Shown here: piece by piece, positions 58,761 to 64,000 of the stretch
Layout: every line of letters starts with the position of its first letter
How positions within the stretch are numbered: the first letter of the stretch is position 1
NCBI GenBank assembly: GCA_009924895.1
Contig: RFQR01000001.1
Span: 15,575 to 79,574, forward strand
Direction of reading: 5' to 3'
Origin: a bacterium
GTDB taxonomy: Bacteria; Patescibacteriota; Minisyncoccia; Phycocordibacterales; UBA2100
DNA: 64,000 nucleotides
Notes under the pieces: generated by a model
What the model was told of the DNA's origin: nothing
The model's database searches: none
The model's input: only the letters and a program-made list of their open reading frames with translations
Made by a program: the position numbers and the translations under genes

Positions 58761-60467
58761 TTACACATTGCACCGACGCCGCATCTCTTCGATATTGTTA
58801 AGTATCACAAATGCGGGAAAATTACCCGATCGACGCAAAGTATCTTCAACTGATTTACGCAAATAGAGTACATATACTTGTATATGGCGGTGTTTTAATT
58901 CACGCAGAAGCTCTGCGAGAATTTCGAGTCCGGTAATATCGATATAATTCATGCCTGAGGCGTCAATAGCGAAGTGTTTGACGCGGGTTTTTTCACGCTC
59001 TTCATGTACCCCGATAGCTTCTTCGCAGACATCGGCGATACGCTGCGCGTTTGCATAGTAAATGGACGTTCCTATTCTCGTAATGCATACGCCAGGAACT
59101 ACTTTTGCATCGGGCTCGACGGCGATACCGCGGAGCACATTCCAGCGTTCATCAACGCCCATTTCAACGATCTTCATGCCCCAGACCGTTTGGTGAATGA
59201 AAAAGAACAATGCCACTAACACGCCAACAAAAATAGCGTCATCAGGCTTGAAGAGGAATGCGATCGTAAATGTAAGGAAAGCGACAATGCCATCTGACTT
59301 GGAAACGTGGTACATCGAGCGAAGTCGTGAAAAGTTGATGAGTGAGAATACAGACACGACGATAATAGCGCCGAGCACCGCGCGTGGTAGATAGTAGAAA
59401 AGAGGTGTAAAGAATAGGATCATCAGCGCGGTAATGAGTGCGGTAATGAGTGACGCGATACCGGTATGCGCTCCCGCTTCTACATTCACTGCTGTTCGTG
59501 TGAACGAACCTGACATCGGATAGCCGCGGAAGAAACCGGCAGCGATATTCGCAAGACCTTGTCCAACTAATTCTTGGTTGACGTCAATCTTCTGCTTTGT
59601 TTTTTCTGCGACTGATTTTGATATTGCATACGCTTCAACAAAGCCAACGAGTGCGATGATTGCTGCTTTTGGGAGAAGGGCGAAGAACGGGATAGCCCCT
59701 GACCAGGGGATAGTAAAGGTGGGTAAATCGGAAGGGATGGTTTTGACGAGCGCTACGCCCCACGACTCGAGTTGCAGAAAGTAACTTGCCATGATTCCGC
59801 TAACGAGCACAATGAGTGCGGCGGGGAACGTGCGCGGCAACCGTTTGCCCAAAACGAGGAATGCGATTGCGCTTATGCCGACAAGTAGTGTGATGAGTGA
59901 GGTGCCGGGTATATGCACAAACGTATCGAGAATATTTTGAAATACGAGGTCGTGCTGTTGTACACGGAGACCCAATAGTGTCGGAATTTGCGTCAAGATG
60001 ATAATACTTGCCGCTGCAGAAGAAAAACCAACGATGACCGAGTGTGGTACGAGGTGCACAATAAAACCGAGCCGTGTAACGCCAAGCAGGAGATAGATGA
60101 GACCGACCATGAGAGCGAGCATGGTTGCATATTGGATGTATTCGGTTGTGCCTGGCTCGGCAAAAGGGAGAAGCGATGTAAGGGTAAGAAAGCTCACAAT
60201 CGCGACAGGCCCAGTCGAAAGGTGCCGTGAAGAACCCCACAATGATGCAATAAAGCCAGGGAGAGAGGCATAGAGACCGTACACGGCAGGCAGTCCGGCG
60301 ATTATGGCAAGAGCCATGCTTTGTGGGATTTGGATGACAGCGACCGTCATGCCGGCAATACAATCAGCGTGAAAGTCTTCCCATGAGTACTGGTGTCCAG
60401 ATCGTAGGAAGGTGGGAGTGAATAGGCTGGGAGTACGAGCAATGAGTGAAGAAAAGTATTCGGTCAT
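58761..60467 (-). CDS. SulP-family anion transporter with a C-terminal STAS domain
   Basis: 568 aa. Polytopic N-terminal region. C-terminal STAS-like HFAIDASGMNYIDITGLEILAELLREL. Confidence 0.85.
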   Translation of the reverse strand: MTEYFSSLIARTPSLFTPTFLRSGHQYSWEDFHADCIAGMTVAVIQIPQSMALAIIAGLPAVYGLYASLPGFIASLWGSSRHLSTGPVAIVSFLTLTSLLPFAEPGTTEYIQYATMLALMVGLIYLLLGVTRLGFIVHLVPHSVIVGFSSAAASIIILTQIPTLLGLRVQQHDLVFQNILDTFVHIPGTSLITLLVGISAIAFLVLGKRLPRTFPAALIVLVSGIMASYFLQLESWGVALVKTIPSDLPTFTIPWSGAIPFFALLPKAAIIALVGFVEAYAISKSVAEKTKQKIDVNQELVGQGLANIAAGFFRGYPMSGSFTRTAVNVEAGAHTGIASLITALITALMILFFTPLFYYLPRAVLGAIIVVSVFSLINFSRLRSMYHVSKSDGIVAFLTFTIAFLFKPDDAIFVGVLVALFFFIHQTVWGMKIVEMGVDERWNVLRGIAVEPDAKVVPGVCITRIGTSIYYANAQRIADVCEEAIGVHEEREKTRVKHFAIDASGMNYIDITGLEILAELLRELKHRHIQVYVLYLRKSVEDTLRRSGNFPAFVILNNIEEMRRRCNV

Positions 60468-60545
60468 GCTTGAGTGTACACTATTTAAAAAGAGTGGAAA
60501 ATATTGAGCATTTTTGGTACTATACCCCAGTAAACAAAAGTAAAT

Positions 60546-60617
60546 GCGCGTTTAGCTCAGTGGTAGAGCATCTATCTGATAAGTAGAAGGTCGTAGGTTC
60601 GATCCCTACAACGCGCA
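60546..60617 (+). tRNA. tRNA-Ile (anticodon GAU), no CCA encoded
   Basis: Manual fold: GCGCGTT-TA-GCTC AGTGGTA GAGC-A-TCTAT CTGATAA GTAGA-AGGTC-GTAGG TTCGATC CCTAC-AACGCGC-A. Confidence 0.85.
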
Positions 60618-60620
60618 CTA

Positions 60621-61181
60621 ATGACCCCTCGCGAAAAAAACTTACTCTGGGCGGCAAATATTTGGTATTTTGGCGAGGGTCTTCTGGGGCCACTCTTTGC
60701 GGTCTTTGCACAAAAGATTGGAGGAAATATTCTCGACATCACCTGGGCGTGGAGCGTGTTTCTCTTGGTGACAGGAATCTCTATTATTATCATCGGCAGA
60801 TTTGCTGATAGTATGGTTCGGAATGGCGGAAGGGAAAAAATATTGATTGCCGGCTATGCGCTCAATGCTCTGTGCACGTTTGGATATCTCCTCGTATCTT
60901 CGCCGATGCAGTTGTTATTGGTGCAAGGGGGATTAGGTCTTGCAATTGCGCTCTCTGCTCCAACATGGCTTGCACTCTATAGCGAGAATTCACACGTCAA
61001 AAAGCATGATACCTATGCCTGGGCGTTAGAGAGTGGTACCCAGAGAATTGTCGTTGCGGTAGCAATACTTCTGGGTGGATACATTGTTTCCCACTATTCG
61101 TTTGCCACACTGTTCATCATTATGGGCTGTGTCCAGGTAGTGGCAACACTCTATCAGGCGCGTATACTAGTGCGTACATGA
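60621..61181 (+). CDS. 6-TM membrane protein resembling the C-terminal half of an MFS transporter
   Basis: It starts 3 nt after the tRNA-Ile. 186 aa with six hydrophobic helices. No N-terminal half is present nearby. Confidence 0.35.
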   Translation: MTPREKNLLWAANIWYFGEGLLGPLFAVFAQKIGGNILDITWAWSVFLLVTGISIIIIGRFADSMVRNGGREKILIAGYALNALCTFGYLLVSSPMQLLLVQGGLGLAIALSAPTWLALYSENSHVKKHDTYAWALESGTQRIVVAVAILLGGYIVSHYSFATLFIIMGCVQVVATLYQARILVRT

Positions 61182-62488
61182 ACTATCGCATCATCGGAGG
61201 TAAAAAGCTCTCCGGCACTGTACAGACCAACACGTCAAAAAACGCGGCAGTAGCCCTTTTGGCTGCGTCGCTTTTGAATAAAGGCATCACCACGCTCAAG
61301 CGCGTGGCGCGTATTGAGGAAGTGCGCCGCCTCGTTGAAGTTATGGTATCTATCGGCGTGAAAGTTGAGTGGAATGAAGAGACGGGAGATATGGTTATCA
61401 CTCCGCCGAAGAAATTTTCAATTGAAACAATAGATACAATGGCGGCAGCGAAGACGCGCAGTATTTTTATGTTCATTGCGCCGCTGGCGCATCATCTCGG
61501 CTCGTTTAATTTGCCCGCACCGACTGGATGCGATTTGGGCAAGCGCTCGCTCGGCAGCCATATCGACGCTCTTGCTCGCCTTGGTATCATGATTACGGGT
61601 GCACCCGAAATCCAGGCCTATCGCGTCGAAGTGGGTGCCTTGAACCCGACCGACATCGTTATGTATGAAGCGTCTGATACCGGTGTCGAAAATGTACTTA
61701 TGGCAGCAGCACTGGTGCCAGGAAAAACCGTCATTAAATTCGCGAGCGCAAACTACATGGTGCAGGATCTCTGTGTTTTTCTTGAAAGCTGTGGGGTGAA
61801 AATTGAGGGTATTGGTACCTCCACACTCATCGTGCACGGAGTTTCTGATATTAATAAAGCGGTGACTGGATATCCGAGCGAAGACCCCATCGAATCAATG
61901 TTCTTCATTTCTCTAGCCGCAACGACACAGTCACAACTCACTATCACGCGCTGCCCAATTGATTTTCTTGAACTTGAACTGTTTACGCTCGGTCACATGG
62001 GACTCAAGTACGATATTGGTGAACACTACACCGCTGAAAATGGAAGAACGGTTCTCGCTGATGTCACCATTTACCCATCAAAACTCGTAGCACCACCAGA
62101 GAAAATCGCACCGCGTCCGTACCCAGGAATCAATATGGACAACCTCCCGTTTTTTGTGCCGGTTGCCACACAGGCAGAAGGTAAGACACTGATTCACGAT
62201 TGGGTCTATGACGGTCGTGCAAAATATTATCTCGAGCTTAACAAGCTCGGTGCTCGCATAGAACAGCTCGACCCGCACCGTGTCGTCGTACATGGCCCTA
62301 CTGCTTTGTGTAATGGAGACGTTGATGCGCCGCCAGCCTTGCGTCCCGCTACACTCATCTTGATTGCCATGCTCGCCGCAGAAGGGGAATCAATGCTTCG
62401 CAACGTGTATCCAATTAACCGTGGATATGAAAATCTCCATGAACGATTGCAGAAATTGGGGGCAAGTGTTGAGGCAGTGGAGGGGTAG
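61178..62488 (+). CDS. murA: UDP-N-acetylglucosamine 1-carboxyvinyltransferase
   Basis: EPSP-synthase fold. MNYRIIGGKKLSGTVQTNTSKNAAVALLAASLL. Cys-loop PTGCDLGKRSLGSHIDAL. Confidence 0.85.
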   Translation: MNYRIIGGKKLSGTVQTNTSKNAAVALLAASLLNKGITTLKRVARIEEVRRLVEVMVSIGVKVEWNEETGDMVITPPKKFSIETIDTMAAAKTRSIFMFIAPLAHHLGSFNLPAPTGCDLGKRSLGSHIDALARLGIMITGAPEIQAYRVEVGALNPTDIVMYEASDTGVENVLMAAALVPGKTVIKFASANYMVQDLCVFLESCGVKIEGIGTSTLIVHGVSDINKAVTGYPSEDPIESMFFISLAATTQSQLTITRCPIDFLELELFTLGHMGLKYDIGEHYTAENGRTVLADVTIYPSKLVAPPEKIAPRPYPGINMDNLPFFVPVATQAEGKTLIHDWVYDGRAKYYLELNKLGARIEQLDPHRVVVHGPTALCNGDVDAPPALRPATLILIAMLAAEGESMLRNVYPINRGYENLHERLQKLGASVEAVEG

Positions 62489-62536
62489 GTGCTAGCGACT
62501 AGGTAATAGTGTTTAGAAATGAGGTAGAATATCCAC

Positions 62537-62770
62537 ATGAAAGTTTTTAAGATCTTTCTTGATATCCTTGCCGTACTCTGGGTAGTACTAGTTGTGGTGA
62601 TGCTTGCAGGATTTTCTCCTTTTTTGTCTGACAGTCCCAACGCTACACTAAGGTCAGCACTAGTCACGTGGGTGGAAGGGTTTGTCTTACTTGCAGAAGT
62701 GCCAACAGGATGGCTGTTACTTCGCTTCGCTAACAGACGTTTGGGACAGATGCAAACAAAAGACAAATAA
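62537..62770 (+). CDS. small 2-TM membrane protein
   Basis: 77-aa ORF between murA and a convergent gene. Confidence 0.3.
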   Translation: MKVFKIFLDILAVLWVVLVVVMLAGFSPFLSDSPNATLRSALVTWVEGFVLLAEVPTGWLLLRFANRRLGQMQTKDK

Positions 62771-62772
62771 GG

Positions 62773-63483
62773 CTACTTCACCTGCGCATACACGCTCACC
62801 GAGCGGCGTTTGTTTGCCTGCCCGTACTTGAGGTGTTTGTGTGATGGTGCGATTTTGTGAAGAATGAAATAGGGCTCGAGCAGCTCTGCAATTTCGTGTT
62901 CGGTAAAGACGTGCTCTTCAACGCCAATATCAGGATGAATGTATGATCCTTCTTCAGAACCGGGGTTGTCACGAAGTAGTCTTTTTGCGTTGCGGTCCTC
63001 ATCCAAAAGGAATGTTTTAAAAAAGAGCCAGCCATCGGTACGCAGTACACGGACAATTTCTTTCAAAAAACTATCGCGCTCATATGATTTCAAAACATGC
63101 GAGACCATCATGTCTAAGACAAGTGTAGTGGTGTGATCGGGGAGGGGAAGCGGATCTGAGATTGAGCCCTTTTGAAAAGTAACGAGGTGACTCACTTCAA
63201 CTTCTTTTGCATGTTTGCGCGCCTGTTCGATTCCTTCGAGTGATGAATCAATACCGAGCCCGTGCATGCCGTACTCTTGTGCGAGAAAAATCAGGTTGCG
63301 ACCATTACCACAGCCGGCATCAAGTACTTTACAGTTTTGGTGCAAATACTGCCGCCCATAGTGACGCTCTAAAAAGCGGCAGAACTTCTGAAGGTCCTCG
63401 CTCGGAGTGCGAGCAATAGCAAGACGTTCCGCCTTTAGGTATTCTTTGTCCCAAAATTTACTGCGTTTCTTCGTGCGCTCCAT
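62773..63483 (-). CDS. class I SAM-dependent methyltransferase
   Basis: Motif I KVLDAGCGNGRNLIFLA. Confidence 0.8.
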   Translation of the reverse strand: MERTKKRSKFWDKEYLKAERLAIARTPSEDLQKFCRFLERHYGRQYLHQNCKVLDAGCGNGRNLIFLAQEYGMHGLGIDSSLEGIEQARKHAKEVEVSHLVTFQKGSISDPLPLPDHTTTLVLDMMVSHVLKSYERDSFLKEIVRVLRTDGWLFFKTFLLDEDRNAKRLLRDNPGSEEGSYIHPDIGVEEHVFTEHEIAELLEPYFILHKIAPSHKHLKYGQANKRRSVSVYAQVK

Positions 63484-63518
63484 GTGTTAATTAGAGCACA
63501 AAAAGCTAAATATGGCAA

Positions 63519-63902
63519 CTAAGCCTTTTTCTGATTTCGGTAGCGATCCATGACCATGCCCACGATTTCACCAGGATCGTGCTCTGCTTTTTGAATGTAC
63601 GTTGTAACCCCAATTTCAATCGCATCGGCTACCTGTGACGCATTAATCGAATCGGTGAGTATGGCAAAAAACGGATGTGGCTCAGGCATTGCTTTGACCG
63701 CTTTTACAAAATCAAATCCAGGATGGTCGGGGAGGAGGAGATCGACGAGTGCAATATCAAAGTGAGTTGCTTTTACTTTTTCAATTGCCTCGTTGCATGA
63801 CGTTGCGGTCTGCACTTTTGCACCGGTTTTTGCAAAGTGGTGAGCAAGAATATCCAATAAGGTAGTGTTGTCATCGAGGACAAGAATGTTTTGTGGTTCC
63901 AT
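63519..63902 (-). CDS. response-regulator receiver-domain protein (stand-alone CheY-like)
   Basis: MEPQNILVLDDNTTLLDILAHHF...IALVDLLLPD (phospho-acceptor Asp). The ORF track extends it to 63995. A TATAAT lies 6 nt upstream of the MEPQ ATG, suggesting a leaderless mRNA. Confidence 0.65.
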   Translation of the reverse strand: MEPQNILVLDDNTTLLDILAHHFAKTGAKVQTATSCNEAIEKVKATHFDIALVDLLLPDHPGFDFVKAVKAMPEPHPFFAILTDSINASQVADAIEIGVTTYIQKAEHDPGEIVGMVMDRYRNQKKA

Positions 63903-64000
63903 ACTGCTATTATACCCCCGCGGGGAGCGAGACACTAAAGGTGGTGCCTTTGCCTTCTTCAGACTCACAAGTGATAGTTCCACCGTGGAAATCAATAATT

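Noticed and set aside
60520-60793. Minus-strand ORFs 60520..60711 and 60572..60793 overlapping tRNA-Ile and the start of the MFS-like gene
   Set aside because: The translation ...VVGIEPTTF... is the classic artefact of reading a tRNA T-arm on the opposite strand.

Overview
This 64 kb window looks like a small, streamlined bacterial genome of the Candidate Phyla Radiation / Parcubacteria type. That assignment is an inference from four things. The 23S rRNA gene is interrupted by a roughly 1.1 kb intron that encodes a LAGLIDADG homing endonuclease. The rRNA genes are unlinked: 23S, tRNA-Cys and two 5S copies sit at 37-42 kb, the 16S at 56-57.5 kb, and tRNA-Ile at 60.5 kb. A 1129-aa Ser/Thr-rich surface protein carries a CPR-style N-terminal LQAQVQALLAQISALQ motif and a peptidoglycan-binding domain. 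Gene density is high with many short overlaps.

From left to right the window contains:
- a copper-resistance operon on the minus strand (partial multicopper oxidase, small membrane protein, cupredoxin-like protein, HMA-fused CcdA/DsbD-like permease, HXXEE membrane protein, P1B ATPase CopA, CsoR repressor). A perfect 18-bp palindromic operator sits upstream of it, and a large serine recombinase and a tRNA-Ser 3' end flank it, so it may be an integrated island.
- a NUDIX hydrolase gene between two Ser-type tRNAs, with a 20-nt repeat of the tRNA 3' end downstream.
- housekeeping genes: zwf, a YbaK-like deacylase, uppP, a PIF1-like helicase, an HD hydrolase, comF-like, a pterin dehydratase, queA, tgt, a TrmH/RlmB methyltransferase, a DHODH-like gene, efp, recA, ftsK, rplJ-rplL, a nucleotidyltransferase, rodA/ftsW, a glycan cluster (GT4, WbaP-like, epimerase), folD, secDF, ung, clpP-like, sulP, murA, a methyltransferase and a response regulator.
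- a PaaX-family regulator whose central domain keeps an almost canonical Cas2 signature. The gene is bracketed by two copies of a 38-bp nested palindrome.

Other observations worth a second look are a conserved 10-bp-stem hairpin (AAAATTTTGC-yct-GCAAAATTTT) next to both the 23S 5' end and the 16S 3' end, a second aberrant 5S copy, a 16S 3' tail that appears to lack CCUCC, a cluster of small SD-bearing ORFs with perfect hairpins between ung and the 16S, a G5 homopolymer frameshift in the ORF directly downstream of recA, and a candidate PyrR-like attenuator upstream of the DHODH-like gene.

I found no CRISPR array, reverse transcriptase or transposase. All calls come from reading the sequence and the ORF translations by eye. 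Coordinates of RNA genes and motifs are approximate to a few nucleotides.
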